NCBI GenBank assembly: GCA_951406725.2
Contig: OX597823.1
Location: 116,498,001-116,562,000, forward strand
Direction of reading: 5' to 3'
DNA from: Octopus vulgaris
Taxonomy: Eukaryota
DNA length: 64,000 nt
Shown here: positions 52,914-64,000 of the stretch, one piece after another
Numbering within the stretch: the first letter of the stretch is position 1
How the letters are laid out: the number at the start of each line of letters is the position of its first letter
Program-made: the position numbers and the translations under genes
Notes under the pieces: model-generated
Told to the model about the DNA's origin: nothing
What the model saw: the letters and a program-made list of their open reading frames with translations, nothing else
The model's database searches: none

Positions 52914-53924
52914 AAAAGGGTAAAATAAGTGCCAGTTGTGTATTAGGGTCAAAGTAATTGGCTTACCCCTCCCCTGAAATTATTGGCCTTGTGCCAAAAT
53001 TTGAAACCATTGTTATGATTTATGAGTTGAGAATAGTGGGTCAGTAAATTAAGCACCAGTGAAACACTGGGGTCAATGCAATCAACTAGTCCCTTCCCCA
53101 CAGATTTAGGGCTTTGTGCCTTTAGTAGAAAGGATTATCATCATCACCATCATTATTGTTGTTGTTGTTATTATGGAGAGGAGGAGGAGGAGGAGCAGGA
53201 GAATGAGTAGGAGGGGAGGAAGAAGAGAAGGAGTGTAGTGGTGGTTGGGGTTGATGATGATGATGGTGGTGACAATAGCAGTTGTAATGATGATGCCATG
53301 GGAAAGTCAGCCCATTGAAACTGGCCCCTTTCCAGCTATAGACTCCAGTAAAAAATATCAGATATGAGTAAGAAAAGTGAAATTAGAAAAACAACTGTTT
53401 GGAAGAAGTTTACTATGAGTCTACCTCATACATGGGTTACCTCCATTTCAGGATCTTTTTTTTTTTTTTTCAGAACTTTGATCCTATTAAATCAGTGTCA
53501 GCCAGTCAGAACAATGTACAATAGTGACCCAAATTATATTTCTGCTTCTTAAGAAGGAGAACACAATACAACAGTTTGCATACAATCATGCACAGTGGCA
53601 TCAAAATTTGTATAATCGCATTAATATTAATCATATAAATGACAATAACTAAATAAATGAATTTTTTAATTAAAGAAATTATTATTCTTTAAATTAGTCT
53701 AATGAAGAAAAAGTTAGTATCTAATTAACAATCAAACTTTATTCATTTAAAGCTTAGCAATAATATCTCAGCAGACTGACATTGCTAATTAATATGTAAA
53801 TTACTACCACCACCATTCACATGTATAGTTTCTGAATGAGGAATCCTGTATATAGTACTGTTGTAGACTGTACTATTATGGTGAAGGTCACATCATATTG
53901 GAAAGCTTGTGCTATTGTAGACAG

Positions 53925-54040
53925 TAGTTGGGATATGAAAGGTTTAATCCACTTTGAACTTTTAAACCCAACCCAAATGATAACAAAGGAGATCTACTGC
54001 AAGCAGCTTGAGAGGTTTAAGTTAGCATTAGAAAGAAGAC
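53925..54040 (+). mobile_element. Mariner transposase catalytic-domain fragment
   Basis: WDMKGLIHFELLNPTQMITKEIYCKQLERFKLALE. Confidence 0.75.
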
Positions 54041-55120
54041 GACAGGAAGGGCACTCGACCATAGAAAATCTGCCTCAACAAAATTTCCTCACGCCCTTCT
54101 GTAAATTGTTTCTGTTTCAAATTCTCAGTTCTTAACCAACTTTGGTCTGAAGATAGCTTCCTTCCCCCTGTCCATTAGTCTCAGAGATCTCAAAAAGGAT
54201 TATGAAAGCACTGCATTCCCTCCCACTAGTCACAGGGACCTTAGAAGAAGTCATAGCACTCTGTCCTTACTCCTATGGCTAAACCACTAAAAATAATAAC
54301 AGTAAAAATTTACCCACCAAATGTATAATCTATCTCTGTGTCTGTATTTAGAGGTGAATTAAAGCTTGCATCAAAAGTGTTTTGTAAACACAAGACCACC
54401 TAAGATTTTGTTGAAGTATTCAAGAAAGCAGTTTCCGCAGGGTATTTTTCTTATTGCTGGCCACACTTTGAACCCATACCATATTCAAACCAACATCATG
54501 TAGTTTGTCCAAATCATTGGCATTTCCTCTTAATCAATGCCAAATCTCTTAATTGATAAGATTCACTTTGAACACAAGGATGCCAGAAATTGCTCAGCAA
54601 TTCCCGTGTATTAACCCTAGGTCAATCCTGATCTACCTGACCTGTGATTAAAAACATTCCAGTTATGACCATCCTATTTTTCTGGCATTGTTTACCTAGG
54701 TCTACATTATCTGATGTGTTTTTAAGTTTGAGGAAAATTTAACTATTGTTTCTAATAGTTATACAACCATACAGAGGAGCGTTAGCAGATAACGAAAGAT
54801 CCAAGAACTAAGGTATTATTATATCCCTTCATCTAATCAGGCGTTTATATATTGCAAATATTTCATAGTGTTTCAGTGGTAGGACCAGGGGTAGGAACAA
54901 CTCTCCAACCCAACCCAACAGATTCTTCAAAGGTGGCACCTTTTATCCATTTTTTTAATTCATTAGTTCCTTTGTTTTTGTTTTTTTTCTTTAATAGCTG
55001 TTTTTGCTTTATGTTCTGGAAGGAACTTTCTGAAAAAACTTAAATTTTCATTGCTTTAGTCAATCAGGCTGTCTTTGTTGACATCCTTATTCAGTTTTCT
55101 CTTAAGTATTGGTAATCATT

Positions 55121-55420
55121 GTGGAGGCACATGGCCTAGTGATTACAGTAGTGGACTCGTGGTCAAGGGATCGCGGGTTCGAATCTCAGACTGGGCGATG
55201 TGTGTGTTTATGAACAAAACACCTAATCTCCATGCGGCTCCAGCAGAAGGTAATAGCAAACTTCTGCTGACTCTTTCACCACAACTTTCTCTCACTCTTT
55301 CCTCCTGCATCTTGCAGCTCACCTGCGATGAACCGGGGTCCTGTCCAGGTGGGGAACCTATACACCAAGGAAACCAGGAAACCGTCCCTTATCAGCCAGG
55401 GATGGCTCAAGAAGGAACAA
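55121..55420 (+). mobile_element. OR-like SINE, tail type 2
   Basis: Homologue of 20725-21042. Confidence 0.85.
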
Positions 55421-56047
55421 AAAGAAAATATTGGTTGTCGGCACTTGGGTAATTAAGAACAAGTCGTGATGTTACAATCTCCTCTCTGATGTTAGCCAAC
55501 CTTGTAGAGTTTCATCTTCTTCATATCACAGGTCAACCGATGCATTTTATGGCCTATGAAATATTTAATGTCAGTGAAATGAGAATGCATCTACACAACT
55601 CCTTTATTATTCACTAAAATTTAAAGATGAACTCATCATTGTTGCCCCAAATCAAATCATTATGATATATTCTTATCCACTGCTGCTGCTGCTGTTTGTT
55701 GTGGCATAAACAAACATATAACTGATTCTTAGACTTGCAGTAAAATATGGCCACCTCATAAAACACCTCTAAAGCAAGTTTGAGTTTTTATTTCATTTTA
55801 TTGTGAGGTTATGTCATGTCTATTGTTAATATTGCTTTGTAAAGCTATCATAGATTTTTGTCTGAGATAGAATGCCATGGAGAAAAACACTTGGAAGAAA
55901 TTATCTGGACAGGACAGAAAGGAGATGAAAGGAGTGGAAAAAATCTAGATAAAGAATTAGCAAAATATTAGAGACTGAATGCCTACTTTTCATTCAACAA
56001 GCACAAGGCATCAACTGTGCTGGAGACAAAGTTCTCTAATGACTTAC

Positions 56048-56137
56048 TATTAATCTCCAAGTGAGGAGGTGAAGATGGTGTCCAGGCTGTTAGGATTATA
56101 CTAGAGTTGGAACCATTTAGAATCTCACTTGTACTCG
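56048..56137 (-). CDS. Candidate 90-nt phase 1-1 exon (STSEILNGSNSSIILTAWTPSSPPHLEIN)
   Basis: tttctaatctattcatag| acceptor, |GTAAGT donor, single open frame; no family recognised. Confidence 0.3.
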
Positions 56138-56392
56138 CTATGAATAGATTAGAAATTTTAACAGACATATAAACAAAACAATCATCACTCATACTCAATC
56201 AGAAATTATACATGAATTTCTTTTATCTAAAGACATGATCATAGAAATAATGAACACTTACAGAATGGCATTTTCAAGTGTCAAGTAACTGGCCACCAAC
56301 AATTTACTTACTTTAGTTAAATTCAAGAATTCTAATAAACTTGGTTGCAATTATCCTTTCCTATCCTAATTCACCAATAACAAAACACAGTT

Positions 56393-56660
56393 ACTCTTTA
56401 CTCTTTACTCTTTTACTTGTTTCAGTCATTTGACTGCAGCCATGCTGGAGCACCGCCTTTAGTCGAGTAAATCGACCCCGGGACTTATTCTTTGTAAGCC
56501 CAGTACTTATTCTGTCGGTCTCTTTTTGCCGAACCGCTAAGTGATGGGGACGTAAACACACCAGCATCGGTTGTCAAGCAATGCTAGGGTGACAAACACA
56601 GACACACAAACATATACACACACATACATATATATATACATATATACGACAGGCTTCTCA
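56393..56660 (-). mobile_element. SINE family A, 3' half
   Basis: Near-consensus tail. Confidence 0.85.
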
Positions 56661-57040
56661 GACCAGGCTGCTTGCTATGCAAGTACATCTAAGTATTTAA
56701 TATTTTGCATTTAAAATCAAAATGCAGTCAATAAGTTTTATTGTAATCTCATAAATCTAAGTTTATTTAAAAACAATAAATATGCGATATTTACATATTT
56801 TTAATGCAAAATCAGGAAAATATGAAAAATGTATGCAGTAACTGCAACGGTGTATTTCATCTCAGTTTCATGCTTGCAAAGTTATCTTCTATCTTATTAT
56901 AAGCCACATCAGTACCCAACTGTTTCAATGAAGAACAAAGCTAAAGCAGGCAAGATTTCCCTGTCCATTGTGGAACGAAAACAATTGCAGCATGGAAGGT
57001 GTTTATAAGCCATTTAAGAAACACATAAAAACCGTTAGGT

Positions 57041-57204
57041 TCACTTCAACATTGAAATTTAATTTGCCAAAATATTTTCCTCGCTTTGAGACTGCGAGCT
57101 GTTCCCTGACAAAATTCCGTGCAGCATGGAATTTTGTCAGTGAACAGGTCTCGGTCTCAAAGAGACGAAAATATTTTGGTAAATTAAATTTAAATATTAA
57201 ATGA
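57041..57204. repeat. ~160-bp near-perfect palindrome carrying two oppositely oriented hammerhead-like motifs
   Basis: Centre at ~57123; arms are reverse-complementary. Confidence 0.9.
57133..57183 (+). ncRNA. Hammerhead-like variant with G3:C8 core
   Basis: TTTGTCA-GTGAACA-G-GTCTC GGTCTCAAA GAGAC-GAAA-ATAT-TT-TGGTAAA. Confidence 0.65.
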
Positions 57205-58429
57205 TTGATTCTAGTTTCAGCTCATGAACTGTGGCCATGCTGGGGCACCGCCATTTAGTGAATTTGAAATTATTTGTGACATGTCTTTCAACCTCTTCTT
57301 CATGTGTTCAATTACCTTTTTAACCTGGCTGTATCCCTGGTTAGGCTGTGTAATTCTATATGCTTTGGTTCACTTAATTACAAATTAGTAGGTACTCATC
57401 TGCAGATATCAGATTTAATGTGGATAAATCAATACTTCTCATAATAATGGTCAAAAAATCTGAGTAGTATGAGCCAACAGGGAACAATTTCTTTATAGTA
57501 CATTTTATGGGAGATCTTAATGGTAGGATATTTGGATGGTCAGAATTAGAGAGAGTTGTTATGTGTATGTGTGTCTGTGTATGTGTATTAATCAAACTAT
57601 ACAATTTTACAGATCCATTTCAGCCAAAGTTAACAATCAGTTTCACATGGGGTGCTTGATGACAACATGGTTCAATAACACCATGTGCTCTTCAGAGATG
57701 GGAGAAAAAGTGTGCAGTATTATGTAATATCTCCTTATCTAACACCCAGTATAACACCTGTTGGTGAGATCGACTGAAATCATCATCATTATTGTTTAAC
57801 ATCCATTTTCCATGCTGGCATGGGTTGGATTTATAATACAGTATATTTTGATTGACATATATTTTCTTATATATTTCATATATTGCATATAAATATTTTC
57901 TGACTTATGAATTATGAGATGACATTTTGCGAGTGTGAGGCTACATCAACGCTTCATCACCACCATAATAACTGCTCCATCTCCACTCCCACTGTATAAA
58001 CAAGAAATAGGAAGTTGGTGCAGAGTGTGTGGGGTGTGGGAAGAAGGAGAAATACTCAGTGACTAAGAGATTTGAGGTATAATATATGTGTATATATGTG
58101 TATATATATATAATATATATATATATATATACATATGTGTGTGCAAGTTGGGTGGTGAAAAATTCCTGGCTTTGGGAAAAGGAAAATAAAGGAGGATCAG
58201 TGAATTATGATTTTATTCAGCATATTCCCTTCACAGATTCACACAATCAGGTGTGTGTGTGTGCATGTATGTATGTATGTATGTATGTATGTATGTATGT
58301 ATGTATGTATGTATGTATGTATGTATATAGTCAATCCAAAGAAGAACATGCAAGAAAAAACAACAATGCCAGAACATGGAACAAGTACTCTGTTATTGGA
58401 CACTTAGGAAAGGAAAGAAAGGAAAGAGG

Positions 58430-58464
58430 ATTTCACGTTTCAAGCAGAATGCTTCATCAGAAAT
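58430..58464 (-). ncRNA. Minimal hammerhead motif (degenerate)
   Basis: Reverse complement: ATTT-CTGATGA-AGCA TTC TGCT T-GAAA-CG-TG-AAAT; insert lies between (TATG)n and (TA)n. Confidence 0.55.
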
Positions 58465-58487
58465 ATAGAAAAATCCAAAGGAAAGAC

Positions 58488-58646
<159 letters not shown>

Positions 58647-58657
58647 GTGTATATGTG

Positions 58658-58732
<75 letters not shown>

Positions 58733-58733
<1 letters not shown>

Positions 58734-59564
58734 GGAAATTCTGTCTGTGGGTGTGTTTGTTTGCAGAGTTGTTAGCTAACTCCTCCTACAGCCTTTTATA
58801 GATTTTGCTGCAACTTGACACGTGAGGAGAACTGCTATCTGGAAACTTCATGGCATGCTCAGATTGTTGAAAAATATCGATAATAAAGCCCCTGGAAGTG
58901 ATCCTTATATATAACTAATACATCTTATTTTAACAGCATTCATTTTCCTATATTTTTTGGTATAAATCAAATTGAGTATGCTTATTTCTTAGTATTTGAA
59001 CTGTTAGAGTTTTTTCGCAATTTAACCAGTACAACCCTTAAACAAGTAAATAGTATTTTTCTAAACAATAGATCCATTTTTTCAGTTAGTGACTTAATCA
59101 CGAATATACCAATACTAGCAGCCCAGAGGCTAATATTTCCTGGGAATGTACAGAAGCCCTTTTCAGAGTTATTTACTTTCAAATGTTATTATCTCATATC
59201 TGATTGGCCTGTTATTACGTAACCTGCTTCATGATTTTAGTATACATAACTTAGTATTTTCTCCTAAGTTCTATATTCTCTGGGAATGCATTAAAGCCTT
59301 TTTCAGTGTTACTTTATTTGAATTCTTACTATCAGGTAACTAATTATTACATAACTGACTTCACAATTTGGGTATTCATAATATATTGGGAATCCCTAAA
59401 ACAAGATCCTGTGTAAGACAGTTTGGTAGTCTCTGTAAATGCACAAAAACTGTTTTAAGGGCTACATACTTTGAATTGTTGTTATTGGATTAGTCAAACA
59501 ACTATGAGAATGGGACCGAGGGATAAGCCCCACTTTTCCGGGAATTACCGGGTACGTCAGCTAG
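58733..59564 (+). mobile_element. Non-autonomous Helitron-like element (5' boundary uncertain)
   Basis: 3' end CCGGGAATTACCGGGTACGTCAGCTAG|T (hairpin plus CTAG). Confidence 0.55.
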
Positions 59565-59664
59565 TATATATATATACTCTTAATCTTTTACTTGTTTCAG
59601 TAATTTGACTGCAGCCATGCTGGAGCACCGCCTTTGGTGGCCAATATATACACACAAATACATA

Positions 59665-59702
<38 letters not shown>

Positions 59703-59712
<10 letters not shown>

Positions 59713-59769
59713 GAAATGAGGTAATCAGAAGATCAGATGGTTCATATTTTACCTCATTTCTTCTAATAT
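59703..59769. repeat. Short inverted repeat in (TA)n
   Basis: tatattagaagaaatgaggta ... tacctcatttcttctaatata; the arm equals the 3' end of the 28941-29082 insert. Confidence 0.8.
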
Positions 59770-59999
59770 ATAATACCTGTACATCATCTCCAAACCTTCC
59801 AATATATATATATATATATATATATGTATCTATATATACATATATATGTGTGTATGTGTGTGTGTGTATATAAAATATATGAATATATATATGTATGTAT
59901 ACAGTAAAGGATGATGATATATACACACACTTATATATATGTTTACTTGCATGCATGATTGTGTGTGTGTGTATATGTATGTATATATATATATATATG

Positions 60000-60035
<36 letters not shown>

Positions 60036-60350
60036 AATATATACATGTGTGTGTATGTATGCATGACCTACTGATAATCTAAGAAACCTCAGCCTTTCTA
60101 TCATGCAAATCCCTTTGAGGTGTTTCCCGGAAACAAAATATTACAGCTAATTCTATTCATAATTACTGTTATAGACATCATTTTATAAAAGTGTGTATGT
60201 ATACATACATACATTTCTCTGTGTGCATAAGCATGCATACATATGTGTATATGTGTGTGTATTGGTATGCATACATATGTGTATGTGTGTGTGTATTGGT
60301 ATATATATGTGTATATATCTGAGTTCACATTTATGTATATATAGATATAT

Positions 60351-60381
<31 letters not shown>

Positions 60382-60524
60382 TATGTATATATATATATAT
60401 GTATATGTATATGTATGTATGTATTTTATGTATATATGTATATATATATATGTATATACATTTATACATATTTATATATGTGTGTGTATCTATGTATGCA
60501 TCTATCTATCTATCTATCTATCTA

Positions 60525-60568
<44 letters not shown>

Positions 60569-62019
60569 TGGAGAGAGAGAGTGAAATGTGTGTATATATA
60601 TATATATATATACAAACATATGCAATATGTGTGCAAGTGCATGGCAACCAAAATATATTCTTGACCTTTCTTGACATCTCATCAGATATGCTTTACCTCA
60701 AGTCTATTTCTATGCGAAGATTCGGAAGAATTTCATAGAATCCTTATTGAAATCCTGTGTTGATAATAGATTTAGATTAGCAACTATGGGTGGTGCTATA
60801 CACTGGGCAATTGAATGCATTCGTTATATGAATGTAGAATTTTAACTTAAAAGTTCTCCTATAAAGAGAATGATTTAATATATTTTCATGTATGAATTCT
60901 ATTTAGTCAATTTCTTCTCCCTGCTCTCTCTTCTACTCCCTCATAGTAGTTCCATATACACATTTATTGATGCAAATAATGTGCCCTATATAGAAAGATA
61001 GAGAGCGAGAGACATATATATGTGCATACATACAATACATATGCATATATACTTACATATGTACATGCATGCATGCATGCATACATACATGCACACTGTA
61101 AAAGAGGCCTCAAGTTGTGTGTGTGTCTGTATGTGTGTACAGCTACATGTATTTAATTTATATTAAAGTGTCTTACACTTGATAATATCATCATTGAAAA
61201 TATATCTTTTTGTTGGGCTTGGAGCGAATTCTTCCTCAATGTTTGCTGTGAATATAAAAACACTTTCACTTCTATGTGAAACTTATGTGCTATAAATTTT
61301 ATTGAAATTGCCAGCACGTTACTAACTTTAGCTTGGTAACTATCAAAATGAACAGCTCCAACAACAACGACAGCAGCAGCTAGTAAATCTCACCAAGCAT
61401 ACATACTCAAGACAAAAATCTAATTAACTTATAATTAGATAAATTATCATTTATGCATTTCTCATATATTTTTCTTTTATTCATTTATTTCCAATATATT
61501 TTTGATAGCATAGCTTTTTAAGAAATATTGAAAACTTAATAACTAATAATATCTTTCGTTATTAGTGGCAGCCAGATTTATTGCCAAGAATTCTGGTTTT
61601 ACTTTAGATTTTTATTCTAGTTTTTGCTTTTGGGATTTTTTGTTGTTGCTGTTGTTATAATTCTTTGTAAAGGAATAAAGTTCAGAACTGTGGTGAAGGT
61701 GGAGGGTAATGAGATGAAAATGTTTCTGTAATTAGAAAAATAACAATTTCATTAGAATTTAATGACACCTGTTATATGGAAACTGAGTTAGAGTACAGCA
61801 CATCTGTGTGGTTTAATGTTGAATACTTATATGAATGGAAAGGGTACGGGGTACATGTGACTTTGTTTAACCTTTGTCTGTATGGGAAATTTAATGTGAA
61901 ACATATCGTAAATTAAAATTGTCATTTGTGTATCATGCTAAATGTATACACACAGTATCTTTGTGTAGCCTTTGTGTGAGAAAAAAATTTCATGAACATA
62001 TTGTGTTAAAAGTACAATA

Positions 62020-62435
62020 GGCATAGGAGTGGCTGTGTGGTAAGCAGCTTGCTTACGAACCACATGGTCCCGGGTTCAGTCCCACTGCGTGGCACTTTGG
62101 GCAAGTGTCTTCTACTATAGCCTCAAGCCGACCAAAGCCTTGTGAATGGATTTGGTAGACGGAAACTGAAAGAAGCCTGTCGTATATATATATATACATG
62201 TATGTATGTATGTATGTATGTATGTGTATATGTTTGTGTGTCTCTGTGTGTGTCCCCAACATCACTTGACAACCGATGCTGGTGTGTTTACATCCCCGTA
62301 TCTCAGCGGTTCGGCAAAGAGACTAATAGAATATGTACTAGGCTTACAAGGAATAAGTCCTGGGGTCGATTTGTTCGACTAAAGGTGGTGCTCCAGCATG
62401 ACCACAGTCAAATGACTGAAACGAGTAAAAGAGAG
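62020..62435 (+). mobile_element. SINE family A, full length
   Basis: Complete head, TA tract and tail. Confidence 0.9.
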
Positions 62436-63829
62436 TATATATAAGAGCAAAGTGAATAAAACAGAATGATAGATGCACTTCACCCTGCATAGGGTTTACC
62501 AACACTTTGCCCTTACTCATCATTTGCTCAAATGAAATTTGTGTTTTTGTAAAAAATTAGCTTGGGTGTGCTCAATAAATTTTTCTCAGCTCGGCAACCT
62601 TTTTGCAATATCAGTGAGTACATTATTCACTGTTTCCTATATATCAAAGCACAAATTTTGTCATGGCAAAGGACATATGAGTTTGCCAGTATTGAGAAGC
62701 CCCAAAGAGAGTCAAACATGCTATGACAATATTCAGCTTGCTCCAATATTTATTGTGTTCTTAACACAATATACCTTTCAAGAGATTTATGTCTCAGACA
62801 AAACTCATAGCATCATGCCTTTCAGTGGTGTGTAGACATTTAATATGATACACAGATGCTAATTTTAACTTAATACTGTTTCATTTACATTCACCAAGTA
62901 TATCATAAAATCTTATTATTATTATTATCATCATTTAAAAGCTAACTTAATTAGCAATTTGAGTGTGTTGTACTGAACACACTAATTACCATATGAACAA
63001 TTTTTGCCTTTGTGTTCCATAGTTTTTCTGGGATTTGTTTTGCAAGATCCTCATATTTCTTCATTTCCTAGATATTTACTGAACTATCGTACAGTATTGC
63101 ATTGTCTATGATTTAACACTTTTTCTTTCTCTTTGGTCTCTACAATCCTATGTGGTCTCCTTGCTTCACTGGCATGATCACTTTTTATGGGAAAATCCCC
63201 TGTAATTATCATTCATCCTCATAGCCTATGGTTCATGTACATACCCCTTTGCCTTCAATTTGAATTTATAAACATGGCTAACATCCAAATGCAATCTTTT
63301 AATGACACAGACATACCTGCATTTATACTCATTTTTGTGCTAGCTTACTGCATTCACTTAAGAGACAGTTAAATTTTTTGTCTCCTTTTCTACAGATTCT
63401 GTGTTTGCTCTCTGACTGCATTTTATTAATCATTGTCTTTATCAAATTTGTTCTATCTTACTTCTAAGTAGCTATTATCAGCTTCTCATTTCAGGTTTCT
63501 ATCTATCAACCACAACCAGCATTCTTAATTTCTAATGTCCTTAGTTTGTGGCATGAATTGGTTATAATTGTTATAATTTCTTTTCTTTCCAGCTATCTGT
63601 CCTGTCATTCTTCTTTCTGTTCTTGGGTTCTCTCACTGTTTGAAATGACTTCTTTGATATTTCTCACTGAAAATAATATTCTTTCTTCACTACACACTGC
63701 ATAGTTTTTCAAACCCAATATTGCAGCAGTGAGATGGTGTCTTGATAAAAGCACCAGTGATTGTGACGCCTTAACACCATATTTCTTTTTGTGTGTAAAA
63801 TGTCAAATAAAATTATTGTCACAACTGTG

Positions 63830-64000
63830 TTAATGAGATTGGATATTATAGGGATTGTTTCTGTTTTCGGTCCCAACATTCCAGTTATCTTTATTTCCAG
63901 ATCTTTATATTTGTATAGTGTCACCATTTCTTTTAAAGATATCTTATCTATCATCTGTTTACGACCGAAATTTCTGTTAGAAAGCACTTCCTCTTCTAAT
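63830..64000 (-). mobile_element. R4/Dong-like LINE endonuclease fragment
   Basis: ISLKEMVTLYKYKDLEIKITGMLGPKTETIPII, parallel to the 38.6-38.8 kb fragment. Confidence 0.7.

Overview
AT-rich, repeat-saturated eukaryotic DNA. The SINE families and the (TA/CA)n load point to a coleoid cephalopod, most likely Octopus (inference from family resemblance). No intact host gene is recognisable; the window looks intronic or intergenic, with only a few weak exon candidates. Nearly all ORFs in the supplied track are microsatellite artefacts. Mobile DNA: a young-looking 5'-truncated Penelope-like element (open GIY-YIG endonuclease frame, ~2.8 kb microsatellite-built 3' region, canonical hammerhead ribozyme); decayed RTE, R4/Dong-like and CR1-like LINEs; mariner/Tc1 remnants; non-autonomous Helitron/Helentron elements; piggyBac- and hAT-type MITEs; and about six SINE families. 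The most striking signal is about ten minimal type-I hammerhead-like motifs in short elements, mostly lodged in (TA)n tracts and several built as long fold-backs. Some have swapped 3-8 core pairs (U3:A8, G3:C8) and compensatory stem changes. All calls were read by eye; coordinates of decayed repeats are approximate.
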